NCBI GenBank assembly: GCA_963740355.1
Contig: CAVUDW010000002.1
Coordinates: 896,001-960,000 of the forward strand
Direction: 5' to 3'
DNA length: 64,000 nt
Source: an uncultured Gemmatimonadaceae bacterium
GTDB lineage: Bacteria > Gemmatimonadota > Gemmatimonadetes > Gemmatimonadales > Gemmatimonadaceae
Below are positions 32,112 through 48,751 of the stretch, in pieces (within the stretch, counting starts at the first letter, position 1; each line of letters begins with the position of its first letter). The notes beneath the pieces are model-generated. The model searched no databases and was not told where the DNA came from. It saw nothing but the letters and a program-made list of their open reading frames with translations. The translations under genes were made by a program, and so were the position numbers.

Positions 32112-34253
32112 CTAGGCGAGCTGCGGAACGGTCGCACGCGTTTCGCCGCGAGCCTTCGCGACGGATGCGGCCAGCTGCCGTGAATCGCTGGCGTCGGCAA
32201 TGGCTTCGATCCGACCCGCGTGTACTGCGTCGAGGAAGGCGCGGACGATACGCGGGTCGAAGTGCGCGCCGGATCCCATCTGGATGATGGCGCACGCTTC
32301 CGCAGTCGTCATGCCGGCACGATACGGGCGATCACTGGCCAACGCATCAAAGACGTCGGCCACTGCCAACACCCGCGCGAGGTACGGGATCTGGTCACCG
32401 TAGAGTTGATCGGGATACCCCGTGCCGTCCATCCGCTCATGGTGTGATCGCACGATCGGCAGCGCGTCGGCGAAGGCCGGAATGGGGGAGAGAATCTCAC
32501 AGCCCACGATGGGGTGTCGCCGCATCACGGCCCATTCGTCGTCGGTCAGCTTGCCCGCCTTGTCGAGCACCGCTGGTGGTACCGCAATCTTGCCGATGTC
32601 GTGCAGCAGTCCGCCACGCTCCAAGGTGTCGAGCTGCTGGGCTGACAGCCCGAGTTCGCGCGCGATCTCAATGGCGATGTGCGTCACACGCTCGGAGTGA
32701 CCGGCCGTCCAGGGCGAATTCGCATCGATGGCGCGCGCGAACGCCAGCACGGTGCCGGCGGAGAGCGCATCCAGTCGGGTCAACAATTGGACGTTGCTGA
32801 GCGCAAGGGCGACGCGATCCGCGATGCGGCGTGCTTCGGCCAACGCGATCTCATTGGCGGGTTGCACACGCAGCCGGATCGCGATCACACCAAGCAGGGC
32901 GCCGTCATGCACCAGTGGCAAGACCAGTGACGGGCTGAGGCTGTAGGTGACGTCGACGCGCGGCATGTAGCTGCGTTGTGCAGCACCTGCCTCGAGCGAC
33001 AGCTGCCGTGGATGCGCGAGCAACTCGGTGCGATCGGTGTCGCTGAGCTGCTTGGTGGTCGTGCGACGTTCGCCGCTGATCGTGTGCCGAGAGGTCGCGT
33101 CGAGTGCGGTGGGATCGTCGGGCCGGACGATCGCCACGGTGACCGTGATGCAGTCGAGTGACGCGGCAATGCAGGCGAGGGTCTCGTCAACCACTGCGCT
33201 GCTGTTGTGTGTACCGAGTGCCGATTGATCGACGGCATCGAGATTGTGCATCAGGGTGATCTGCCGATGAAGCGTCGACGCCATGCCGTTGAACGAACGC
33301 GCCACCTCCGAGTATTCGTCGTCACCCTCGACGATCACTGGCGTGCCAAAGTCGCCCGACTGCAGCCGTCGAGTGCCATCCTTGAGTTGCGCCAGGGGCT
33401 CGGTCGTGCGACGGATCTGTGCATGGCTGACGGCAAAGATCAGGACGACCACCGCGGCGATCAGCAGGAGAAATGTGTTACGAAATGTGGCGGCGGCGGC
33501 AAACGATACACTCTGTGGCTGCAGGACAACCGTGCGCCACTCTGCCGATCCGTACTCGTGTCGGAGGTAGATGTCCCTGGCAGAGACGAAGAATCCTGGC
33601 GTCGTGAGTGTGTCAGCATCGCTGCCTCCGCCTCGCGCTCGGTGTTGCGCCACATCGAGCGCGGTCCGATCAAGCTGCGTGGAGCAGGTGATCCGCGCGA
33701 GCGTCGGCATGGCGAAGACGCAGAAGAGCGCATCTTCACCTTCGATCGCCTCATCGGATTCACCGAAGAGCGCGTCGCGGCGCACGCGGCCCCAGACGAT
33801 CGCGCGAGACGCGCCCGCCCATGGCAGGAGGGCTCGGCCCATCACGATGCGCGCCTCATCGTGCGTAGTGGGCGACGCGGTGAGCAGGAGCAGCGATCGC
33901 CCATCGCCGAGCTGTCGCACTTCCTCAGTCGTGAGCGGGCGCGAAAGTACGCCGAGTGACGCGGGGGCGCCGAGCGTCGCATCCAACCGGATGACGGAAT
34001 CGAACGGTGCTGCCGGCGCGCTGTCGACGAGGGCCGATTGGAGCTTGAAAGAAGCAGCCGTGAGATACGAGAGCGTCCCGATTCCGAGGGACTTGCTCAG
34101 TCGGCCGACGCGCTCCTCGGCCTGGTCGCGCAGTTCCGCACGAACCGTTGCGAATGAGATAGCGGCGATGACGGCGACCGGCGCCAGGGCCGTCAACATG
34201 TTGACGGCCAGAAACCGCCGGCCCACCCGTGTCGTGAGGAACCCCAGCGTCAC
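32112..34253 (-). CDS. Membrane sensor HAMP-GAF-HD-GYP cyclic-dinucleotide phosphodiesterase
   Basis: Two TMs with periplasmic domain, HAMP, GAF-like region, HSERV, HDIGK, HHERMDGTGYP. Confidence 0.88.
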   Translation of the reverse strand: MTLGFLTTRVGRRFLAVNMLTALAPVAVIAAISFATVRAELRDQAEERVGRLSKSLGIGTLSYLTAASFKLQSALVDSAPAAPFDSVIRLDATLGAPASLGVLSRPLTTEEVRQLGDGRSLLLLTASPTTHDEARIVMGRALLPWAGASRAIVWGRVRRDALFGESDEAIEGEDALFCVFAMPTLARITCSTQLDRTALDVAQHRARGGGSDADTLTTPGFFVSARDIYLRHEYGSAEWRTVVLQPQSVSFAAAATFRNTFLLLIAAVVVLIFAVSHAQIRRTTEPLAQLKDGTRRLQSGDFGTPVIVEGDDEYSEVARSFNGMASTLHRQITLMHNLDAVDQSALGTHNSSAVVDETLACIAASLDCITVTVAIVRPDDPTALDATSRHTISGERRTTTKQLSDTDRTELLAHPRQLSLEAGAAQRSYMPRVDVTYSLSPSLVLPLVHDGALLGVIAIRLRVQPANEIALAEARRIADRVALALSNVQLLTRLDALSAGTVLAFARAIDANSPWTAGHSERVTHIAIEIARELGLSAQQLDTLERGGLLHDIGKIAVPPAVLDKAGKLTDDEWAVMRRHPIVGCEILSPIPAFADALPIVRSHHERMDGTGYPDQLYGDQIPYLARVLAVADVFDALASDRPYRAGMTTAEACAIIQMGSGAHFDPRIVRAFLDAVHAGRIEAIADASDSRQLAASVAKARGETRATVPQLA

Positions 34254-34259
34254 GAGAGA

Positions 34260-34727
34260 TCAGTAGCCGGAGGCAATGCCGACGTACTTCCCATCGTTTG
34301 CGACGATGATGTCGTCTCGCGACGGACCGGACGTCAGCGGCAAGTTGCTCGCCCCATCCGGCCCTTTCGAGTAGAGGTCGAACATGCTGTTCAGCGGATG
34401 CAGGCTGCGATCCTTGCGCGCCCCCGGCGGGTCGCCGCCGCCCGAGAGATCGAAGCGCAGGTATTCGTAAGGGTTGCCCCACGGGTCCTTGAGGTCGCCG
34501 CGCCCGATGTCCGCCAGGGACGCAGGAAGCGGATCCATCATGGTCAACTGCAGGTTGATGGCCTGCAACTGCATGATCGCCGAGCTGATCTTCACCTTCT
34601 GGATGTGTTGCTTGTATTTCACCGTCGCGACGGTGGCAAGAATGCCAATCACCACGACGGTGGCGAGAAGTTCGATGATCGTGAATGCCGGGCGTTCGCA
34701 TCGGCGGGTTGCTGCAGCGTCGGGCAT
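34260..34727 (-). CDS. Type IV pilin / GspG-like prepilin
   Basis: RPA|FTIIELLATVVVIGILA N-methylation motif (E5), DPWGNPY, DLYSKGPDG...DDI. Confidence 0.82.
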   Translation of the reverse strand: MPDAAATRRCERPAFTIIELLATVVVIGILATVATVKYKQHIQKVKISSAIMQLQAINLQLTMMDPLPASLADIGRGDLKDPWGNPYEYLRFDLSGGGDPPGARKDRSLHPLNSMFDLYSKGPDGASNLPLTSGPSRDDIIVANDGKYVGIASGY

Positions 34728-34934
34728 GATCCTCAATGATTGGCGGCCAGCGACCGTATGGCCGGCTCCGGACTCGGGTATGAGATGTCTATGTCCTTAG
34801 TATCGGAACGATGACGATCCCACCCAACCGTGACGACCATGCCTGATTCGCGGCACGTCATCTGTTTCATTTGTTTGCAGCCCGGTCCACCCGACTCTCC
34901 TGCCCGAACTGCATGACCGACCGTCCGGCCGCGC

Positions 34935-35369
34935 ATGGCTGAAATCACGCACGACCTCCCGATTGCAGCGTCTGCGGGCGCCGTCTACGCCGCAGTGACC
35001 TCCCCTTCATGCCTTGACGCCTGGTGGACGCTGCACTGTGAAGGGATCCCCGTAGAGGGTACGCCCTACTTGTTGTACTTCGGAGAGGGGTACGACTGGC
35101 GCGCTCGGGTCGTCCGCGCCGATACGGATCGAGAGTTTGCGCTCGAGATCACGGTTGCCAGCGGGGACTGGGTCGGAACCACTGTGAGCTTTCGGCTCGA
35201 ACCGGGCGAAGGTGGCATGACCTGGCTCCGGTTCCGGCATTCGGGCTGGGCCGACGCCTCCGATCACTTTCGGATCACATCATACTGCTGGGCACTGTAC
35301 CTCCGTCTGCTGCGCCGCTGGGTCGAGCGGGCCGAGGTCGTGCCCTACGAGCATCGGCTCGACGCCTGA
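34935..35369 (+). CDS. SRPBCC/AHSA1-like domain protein
   Basis: VYAAVT...LDAWW, TWLRFRHSGW, C-terminal W..YL..L helix. Confidence 0.8.
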   Translation: MAEITHDLPIAASAGAVYAAVTSPSCLDAWWTLHCEGIPVEGTPYLLYFGEGYDWRARVVRADTDREFALEITVASGDWVGTTVSFRLEPGEGGMTWLRFRHSGWADASDHFRITSYCWALYLRLLRRWVERAEVVPYEHRLDA

Positions 35370-35605
35370 GGCAGCCGCCGCGCCTGGGCGCGCGACGGCC
35401 CGTGCGAGCGATGGCCGCGACCGGCCTCGCGTCTGGATGAGTCTGGTAGTCCATTGCCCCCCGTTTCGCGCCATCCGGGAGACTGAGACAGGCTGAACAT
35501 TAGAACCGTTTGCTCTTGGGATAGGGAAATCGTCATACTCCGCCAAGTGGATCGAATGTCGATCGACCGCGGCTTTGTGCACTTCCGGACCAAACCGACA
35601 CGACC

Positions 35606-42232
<6,627 letters not shown>

Positions 42233-42415
42233 CGAACGAGGCCATTCACCAGGCGAGCTCGAGAAGTCCGCTCGCTGCGTAGGGAACAGATGTTGTGACG
42301 CCGGCATCAGCCGCGCGTCCCATCTGCGAAGGATCTGCGAGCACCGGCGTTTGCGAGAGTTGTCAGCTCGCGACCCGGTGCTCGCTAGTTGTGGGACCTG
42401 CGTCGTCGCGCGACG

Positions 42416-42733
42416 CTAATTCCTGCCGAGTCGGAAGCGCAGTTGCTTCACGGGCGCGCGACCCGGCACGGCGTTCAGGCGTTCGAGCAGCGTGGGGGCC
42501 AGCAGGCTCAGTTCATTCATCCACGCCGCAGTCGTCACGCGCACCCACAACACACCATCCGCGGTGACCGACAGCGGTTCGGTGACGGCCGCGATCTGCG
42601 CTCCGACGGCAGCGGACCAGTCGTCCATCGCGCCGACCTGTGCCACGCGTTCCGTCATGCCCTTTTGCGCCAGCACCTGGGCCATGACATCGGCGATGCT
42701 CACGGGCTGGCCCTTCTTCTTTGGCCCGGTCAT
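42416..42733 (-). CDS. dciA: DUF721 / DciA-family replicative helicase loader
   Basis: W...VG.QIA..TEP...GVLWVRV..AAWMNEL pattern; overlaps the recF stop. Confidence 0.82.
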   Translation of the reverse strand: MTGPKKKGQPVSIADVMAQVLAQKGMTERVAQVGAMDDWSAAVGAQIAAVTEPLSVTADGVLWVRVTTAAWMNELSLLAPTLLERLNAVPGRAPVKQLRFRLGRN

Positions 42734-43914
42734 GCGTCCGGGGTGAGCGTGCCATGCAAGACACGCACGGTCTGAAGCCCTGTCAGCGCGCGTGGAATGT
42801 CCTCGACACGCGGGACGGCCAGCACCACCTGTCCCAATCCGCGACTGCCGAGCAATCCGAGAATCCGTGCGCTGCGATCGGCGTCCAGTTCCGCGAAGGG
42901 GTCGTCGAGCAACAGCAGCGGCGCGGTGCCGAGGGATGCCTGCAGCGTTCGCGCCTCGAGCATGCGCAGCGCAATCGCGGCGCTGCGCTGCTGTCCGTTG
43001 CTGCCGAAGTTGCGCAGGTCGCGTCCATCGAGCAGCAGCTGCAACTCGTCGCGATGCGGGCCGGTGTGCGTCGTGCCGCGTCGCACGTCGTGGGCACGTT
43101 GTGTCGCGAGGGTCGTACGGAGCCATTCGCGCAGTTCCGCCACGTCGGTTCGTGCGCCACCGCCGCGCTTGAGCGTAAGCGAGACGCTGGTGCGCTCACC
43201 GATGGCATCCAGCACCTCGGCGTAGGCGGGGGCGGCATCGAGTGTCCAGGCATGTCGGCGGGCGAGCATGCTGGCACCGGCATCGGCGAGTGCGGGCTCG
43301 AATGCTTCGACCGCGTCCATCTGTTCGGCGTCCCGCGTCTGTCCATTCATGCTGCGCAAGGCTGCATTCCGCTGCGCGAGCGCATGCCGGTACAGCTGCA
43401 GTGCCAACAGGTACGAGCGGTCGGCGAGTGCCAGCATCACATCGAGGAAGCGGCGTCGCTCGGCGGGAGCCCCGCGAACCAGTGCCGCGTCCGCCGGTGA
43501 GAACAACACCGCCGGCGCGGCACCGATGGCATCACTGAGCCGCGTGACTTCAACGCCATCGATCGAGACCTTCTTCTTCTGTGTGTTGGCGTCGAATCCA
43601 GCAGACACACTGAGGGCGCCGCGCGGCGAGTTCTCGAGCGTGGCCGCGACGTGGAAGCCACCGTCACCGAATCGTACCAGATCCTTGTCGCGTGCACCGC
43701 GCGCGCTGCGGAACAACTCGAGGTAGTAGATCGCCTCGAGCAGGTTCGTCTTGCCATGGCCGTTGTCACCGAGCAACGCCACACCGTCGGGCGGCAGCGT
43801 CAACGTGGCACGGTCGTAGTTGCGAAAGCTGGTGAGCGTGAGCTGCACCACGCGCACCGCCGGCACCACCACTGTGCCAGCGGTCGGTGCTTCCGCAACC
43901 ACGGTCGTGCTCAC
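42730..43914 (-). CDS. recF: DNA replication and repair protein RecF
   Basis: FRNY, GDNGHGKTNLLEAI, ERRRFLD, GPHRDE, GSNGQQRS, LLLDDPFAELD. Confidence 0.95.
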   Translation of the reverse strand: MSTTVVAEAPTAGTVVVPAVRVVQLTLTSFRNYDRATLTLPPDGVALLGDNGHGKTNLLEAIYYLELFRSARGARDKDLVRFGDGGFHVAATLENSPRGALSVSAGFDANTQKKKVSIDGVEVTRLSDAIGAAPAVLFSPADAALVRGAPAERRRFLDVMLALADRSYLLALQLYRHALAQRNAALRSMNGQTRDAEQMDAVEAFEPALADAGASMLARRHAWTLDAAPAYAEVLDAIGERTSVSLTLKRGGGARTDVAELREWLRTTLATQRAHDVRRGTTHTGPHRDELQLLLDGRDLRNFGSNGQQRSAAIALRMLEARTLQASLGTAPLLLLDDPFAELDADRSARILGLLGSRGLGQVVLAVPRVEDIPRALTGLQTVRVLHGTLTPDA

Positions 43915-43938
43915 GTCACCCCACTCGCGTCAGGCTGG

Positions 43939-44718
43939 TCACGCGCCAGTGAACGATGCTGGTCGCTTCTCGAGGAAGGCCTGCATGCCTTCCTTCATGT
44001 CGGTCGTTGACGACAGGGTGCCGAAGTGTGCCGCCTCGTACGCGAGCGCGTCGCCGAGCGACATGTCCTGACCGCGCACGACGGCGTCGATGCAAGCCCG
44101 CACGGCCAGTGGCCCGTTGGCGAGCATCTGCGTCAACATCGCGGTCGTGGTTGCGATCAGCTGATCGTTTGGCACGACCTTGTTCGCGAGCCCGATCCGC
44201 ACGGCTTCGTTGGCGTCGATCACCTCGGCGGTCATCAGCAGTTGCAACGCGCGACCCGTGCCTACCAGGCGCGGGAGACGCTGCGTGCCGCCATAGCCGG
44301 GCAGGATACCGAGCTTCACTTCAGGCTGTCCGAACTTCGCCGACTCCGCCGCAATCCGAAGATGACAGCACATCGCGAGTTCACAGCCGCCGCCGAGAGC
44401 GAAGCCATTCACCGCGGCGATGGTCGGCTTCGGGCTGCGCTCGAAGCGGCCGAAGATCTCCTGGCCGCGGCGGGCGCGGGCGACGGCACTCATGGGCGTC
44501 TGGCCGGCGAGCTCGCTGATGTCGGCGCCGGCGATGAAGGCACGGCCGGCGCCGGTGAGGATGATGCCCCCCACCGCGTCATCGGCGATGGCCTGGTCGA
44601 TGGCGACCCCCAGCTCACCGATCAGGGCGGCACTGAGGGCGTTGAGCTTGTCGGGGCGGTTGACGGTGATCGTCGCGATCCGGTCGGCCACCGAATACAG
44701 CAGGAAGTTGAAGGACAT
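43939..44718 (-). CDS. Enoyl-CoA hydratase/isomerase (crotonase family)
   Basis: NRPDKLNAL, AGADI, GFALGGGCEL, GQPEVKLG, PGYGGTQRL. Confidence 0.92.
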   Translation of the reverse strand: MSFNFLLYSVADRIATITVNRPDKLNALSAALIGELGVAIDQAIADDAVGGIILTGAGRAFIAGADISELAGQTPMSAVARARRGQEIFGRFERSPKPTIAAVNGFALGGGCELAMCCHLRIAAESAKFGQPEVKLGILPGYGGTQRLPRLVGTGRALQLLMTAEVIDANEAVRIGLANKVVPNDQLIATTTAMLTQMLANGPLAVRACIDAVVRGQDMSLGDALAYEAAHFGTLSSTTDMKEGMQAFLEKRPASFTGA

Positions 44719-44958
44719 GCGAGGCAGGGTCTGCAGGTGGGGCGGTACGCGGTGAAGGGGACGGCCGCGAGCGGCTTCGGGCGAAAGATACCGCCACTCG
44801 CATCCCTTCTCGGGCTGGTCGTCCCGCGCCGGGGCGAGACGGTCCCGGTGAGTGTCTTCGACACACTGGCCGAGACGTGCACCGTCCCCGATACTGGTAA
44901 TATCTCAGCAGGGGCCGAGGAGCGGGTTTTCCCGGCCACCAATCAGGAGAGAAGGTTT

Positions 44959-45699
44959 ATGCCCTTTCGACATGCTGCGCGGCACCTCTCAGTCCGCAGC
45001 CGGATGGCCCACCGTCGCATCCGGCAGGTTCTCGAGCGCACGACCGCACCGAAACTGCTTGGCCCGGCGACGCTCTGGTTCGGCTCATTCAGCCTTGTCT
45101 CGCACGCGGTGGTGACATGGGGAGTGATCGCGTTTGCGCCAGCGCCGCTGCCGGATGCGATGAACGATCCGCTGGTCGCGTCGCGGTTTCTCTATCCGCT
45201 GATGCAGCAGCAGCCGCGCCCATCACAAGAACATGTCAGCTACGTAGGCATGCTGGGGCGCCACACGCAAAGTGCTCCAGCGATGGCCAAGGGCGGGGTG
45301 ATACCCGGACCGTCACCGGAGATCGAGCTGGCTGTTGCTCCCGCGCCGCCGCCACCGCCGCCAGTCGAATCGGAGGCGTCGGAGGCCTTCAGCGAGTTGG
45401 AAGTCGACGTGACGGCCGAGCGCGACCCGGAGAGCGAAGGGCCCACCTACCCCGACTCGCTGCTCGAGAAGAAGATCGAGGGCGAAGCGCGGGTGCGATT
45501 CGTGATCGATTCGACCGGGCACGCTGACGAGACATCATTCGCGGTGCTGGAGACGAATCAGAGCGCCTTCGCCGAAGCGGTCCGGATGGCGCTGCCGCGG
45601 ATGAAGTTCAAGCCGGCCTCGATCGGGAAGAAGCCGGTCTCGCAGCGTGTCGAGCAGACGTTCCTGTTCCGCATCACAAGGACTCCACTCATTCCCTGA
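44959..45699 (+). CDS. TonB-family energy transducer (TonB C-terminal domain)
   Basis: TM with SLVSH, Pro-rich linker, YP...IEGEARVRFVIDSTG, FKPA....PV; start uncertain. Confidence 0.75.
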   Translation: MPFRHAARHLSVRSRMAHRRIRQVLERTTAPKLLGPATLWFGSFSLVSHAVVTWGVIAFAPAPLPDAMNDPLVASRFLYPLMQQQPRPSQEHVSYVGMLGRHTQSAPAMAKGGVIPGPSPEIELAVAPAPPPPPPVESEASEAFSELEVDVTAERDPESEGPTYPDSLLEKKIEGEARVRFVIDSTGHADETSFAVLETNQSAFAEAVRMALPRMKFKPASIGKKPVSQRVEQTFLFRITRTPLIP

Positions 45700-45802
45700 A
45701 GCGCGGCCCTGCCTCGCGCGGGTTTGCGGCTAAGTTCCGGCGTCGACTGCCGTGCCCGGGTTCGGGCGCGTGCCCTCTCCGCTGCACTTCAGTCCCCGAG
45801 CC

Positions 45803-47683
45803 GTGCTTCGTCTCTCGCCGATCGTTTCCGTCATCACTGTTGGTGCGTTCGCGGCGACGCTGGCCGCACCGGATTTTGCCGCTGCGCAGTCGGCACGACG
45901 CGCTGGCCCGTCGGGCCGCTCCGCAGCGCCGGCCACCGTCTGGCCCGACGAGGGCCCGCGCACCTGGGCGCCGCGACCGACATCGTCGGCCATCACGGCC
46001 AACGACCTGCGCACGCGACTCTATCAGTTTGCCGATGACTCGATGCAAGGCCGCCGTATCGGCGAGATCGGCAACCAGAAAGGCACCGACTACATCGCGC
46101 GCGAGTTCAAGCGCCTCGGCTTGAAGCCTGCCGGCGATAGCGGGACGTATTTCCAGGTGCTGCCGTTCGGGGCGCAGGCGTTCGATCCCGCCGCATCACG
46201 CTTGAGTGTCCGCAGTGCAGCGCTACAGCCCAAGCGTGACTGGGTGCCGATGACGCCCTCCATGCCGGCGAAGATCGCCGCGCAGGCGACCCTGGAAAAC
46301 GTGCCGACCGTGTTCGCCGGACGGTGGGGCGACACCAGCGTGGTGCTGGATGCTGCCGCATTGCGTGGCAAGGTGGCGGTGTTCCGCGCCGCACCGACGC
46401 AGCCGGCGGCACCCGGCGCGTCGGGTGCGCCAGCGTCCTTCCTCAGTTGCGATGCACGTCCCGACATGTTCGGCGCGGCGGCCGTGATCGCCGCCGAGGC
46501 GTCGGGACGAGCGCCCGCACGTCGCGCGGTCGGCGGTGGCGGCGTGCGTGACACGCGCGCGCAGGATGCGGGCGCAGCGGGAATCCTGATCATCGGGTTG
46601 GACGGCATGTCGCCAGCGGCGGTGGCAGCGGCATTCGCTCCGCGTGTGGGCATGCAGCAGCCGATGCAGAAGGTCGGTGTCGGCGTGGCCACGATCAGTG
46701 CCGCAGTCGCGTCGCAGCTGTTCAGCGGCAACCTCGAGCAACTCCAGGTCGGCGCGACCGGCGCACCGGTGTCGGCCAGCTGGTCGTATGAGTTCAAGCC
46801 GTCCGCGGCACTGGCTCGCAACGTCATCGCGGTCCTGCCGGGCTCCGATCCTGTGCTGGCATCTGAGTACGTGCTGGTCGGCGCACACAATGACCACGTC
46901 GGAACGAGTCCGGTGGCGCTCGACCACGATTCGCTGCGCGCCGTCAACACCGTCACGCGACCGCAGGGCGCGAACGACGCGCCGTGTGCGCCCACCGCCG
47001 CGCAGCAGCAGAAGATCGACTCGATGATCGCCGCCGCGCGCCGCGTGCGACCGGCACGCCGCGACTCGATCTTCAACGGCGCCGATGACGATGGCTCTGG
47101 CACGGTCGTGCTGCTCGAAATTGCGGAGCAGTTCGCGGCAGAGAAGCCGAAGCGCTCGATCATCTTCGTGTCGCATCAGGGCGAGGAAGGTGGTCTGCTT
47201 GGTTCCAGCTGGTTCGTGGATCACCCGACGGTGCCGCTGGCGCAGGTCGTCGCCGCGCACAACATGGACATGCTGGGCAAGGGGCGCGTGGACCAGGTGA
47301 AGTTCGGTGGCCCGGCCTCGGTGCAGATGCTCGGCGCCCGCCGACTCTCGCGCGAGTTCGGCGACATCATCGACTCGGTCAATGCCACCCGAGCGGAAGT
47401 GATGGCAATCGACAAGTCATGGGACGTGACAGCGAACCCGCTCAATCGCTTCTGCCGCAGCGACCAGGTGAACTACGTCCGCAAGGACATTCCCGTCACC
47501 TACTTCTCGCTCGGCTACGCGCAGGACTATCACCAGCTCACCGACGAGCCGCAGTACATCGAGTACGAGCACTCGGCGCGACTCGGCCGCTTCATTCACG
47601 ACGTGATGATGGCGATCGCAACGCGTGCCGACCGACCGAAGATTGTCGGTGCCGATCCGTCGTATCCGCAGTGCTTCCGCTGA
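45803..47683 (+). CDS. M28-family peptidase with PA insert, exported
   Basis: GAHNDH, NGADDDGSG, GEEGGLLGS, NMDM, RSDQ, DYHQ. Confidence 0.85.
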   Translation: MLRLSPIVSVITVGAFAATLAAPDFAAAQSARRAGPSGRSAAPATVWPDEGPRTWAPRPTSSAITANDLRTRLYQFADDSMQGRRIGEIGNQKGTDYIAREFKRLGLKPAGDSGTYFQVLPFGAQAFDPAASRLSVRSAALQPKRDWVPMTPSMPAKIAAQATLENVPTVFAGRWGDTSVVLDAAALRGKVAVFRAAPTQPAAPGASGAPASFLSCDARPDMFGAAAVIAAEASGRAPARRAVGGGGVRDTRAQDAGAAGILIIGLDGMSPAAVAAAFAPRVGMQQPMQKVGVGVATISAAVASQLFSGNLEQLQVGATGAPVSASWSYEFKPSAALARNVIAVLPGSDPVLASEYVLVGAHNDHVGTSPVALDHDSLRAVNTVTRPQGANDAPCAPTAAQQQKIDSMIAAARRVRPARRDSIFNGADDDGSGTVVLLEIAEQFAAEKPKRSIIFVSHQGEEGGLLGSSWFVDHPTVPLAQVVAAHNMDMLGKGRVDQVKFGGPASVQMLGARRLSREFGDIIDSVNATRAEVMAIDKSWDVTANPLNRFCRSDQVNYVRKDIPVTYFSLGYAQDYHQLTDEPQYIEYEHSARLGRFIHDVMMAIATRADRPKIVGADPSYPQCFR

Positions 47684-47713
47684 GCGGCTTACCAACCGAC
47701 GCCACCCCTGCAC

Positions 47714-48751
47714 GTGTCGAACACACCGCCGCTGGCCGCCGTTCAGTTCGCGGCTGACACATCGGAGTTGCGCATCATCGACCAGACGCGCCTGCCCGGC
47801 GCGCTGGTCGAGCTGGCGCTGACGGAATTGCCGGAGATGGTGGAAGCGATTCAATCGCTTCGGGTGCGCGGGGCGCCGGCAATCGGTGTGGCGGGCGCGG
47901 TTGGCCTGGCCGTGCTGGCGGAGCGCGCGGCGCTCGAAAATCCCGCCACGTTCGATGCCGAGATCACGATCGCAGCGGCGGCATTGCGCTCCGCACGACC
48001 CACTGCCGTGAATCTCGCGTGGGCCGTGGATCGTGTGCTGGCGGCAGGGCAGGTGGGTGGTGCGTCACCGGCGATTCGCGCCACGGCGATGCGTGCCGAA
48101 GCCACTGCCATCCTCGAAGAAGACATCGCGATGTGCGCGCGAATCGGGGAGAATGGTGCGACGCTGCTTCGGTCCGGCATGACGGTGCTCACACACTGCA
48201 ACGCGGGTGCGCTGGCCACGGCCGGTATCGGCACCGCACTGGCGCCGATCTATACGATGCTGGCACGCGGGCAGGAGATTCGTGTCTTCGCCGATGAAAC
48301 GCGTCCGTTGCTGCAAGGCGCGCGTCTGACGGCCTGGGAACTCGATCGTGCCGGCGTCCCAGTGACGCTGGTCACCGACAACATGGCCGCGAGTGTGATG
48401 CGCAGCGGCCAGATCGATGCCGTGCTGGTGGGCGCGGATCGCATCGCGGCCAACGGTGACGTCGCCAACAAGATCGGGACCTATGGCGTGGCGGTGTTGG
48501 CGCGGCATCACGGCATTCCGTTCTACGTGCTGGCACCGTCGTCCACGCTCGATCCGCTGACTCCGGACGGCGACTCGATGCACATCGAGATGCGCGACGG
48601 TGACGAGGTGCGATCGATGGGCGGTGTCTTCACGGCGCCCGGTGGTGTCGTCGTGCACAACCCCGCCTTCGATGTGACACCGGCGGCGCTGGTGACGGCG
48701 ATCGTGACTGATACAGGCGTCTTTCTTCCACCATTCCACTTCACACTCTGA
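47714..48751 (+). CDS. mtnA: S-methyl-5-thioribose-1-phosphate isomerase
   Basis: VRGAPAIG, RPTAVNL, THCNAGALAT, ETRPLLQGARLT, ANKIGTY, NPAFDVTP. Confidence 0.93.
   Translation: MSNTPPLAAVQFAADTSELRIIDQTRLPGALVELALTELPEMVEAIQSLRVRGAPAIGVAGAVGLAVLAERAALENPATFDAEITIAAAALRSARPTAVNLAWAVDRVLAAGQVGGASPAIRATAMRAEATAILEEDIAMCARIGENGATLLRSGMTVLTHCNAGALATAGIGTALAPIYTMLARGQEIRVFADETRPLLQGARLTAWELDRAGVPVTLVTDNMAASVMRSGQIDAVLVGADRIAANGDVANKIGTYGVAVLARHHGIPFYVLAPSSTLDPLTPDGDSMHIEMRDGDEVRSMGGVFTAPGGVVVHNPAFDVTPAALVTAIVTDTGVFLPPFHFTL

Noticed and set aside
44026..44958. N-terminal part of the 557-aa ORF
   Set aside because: Antisense to the enoyl-CoA hydratase; only the TonB-like part from about 44959 is credible.
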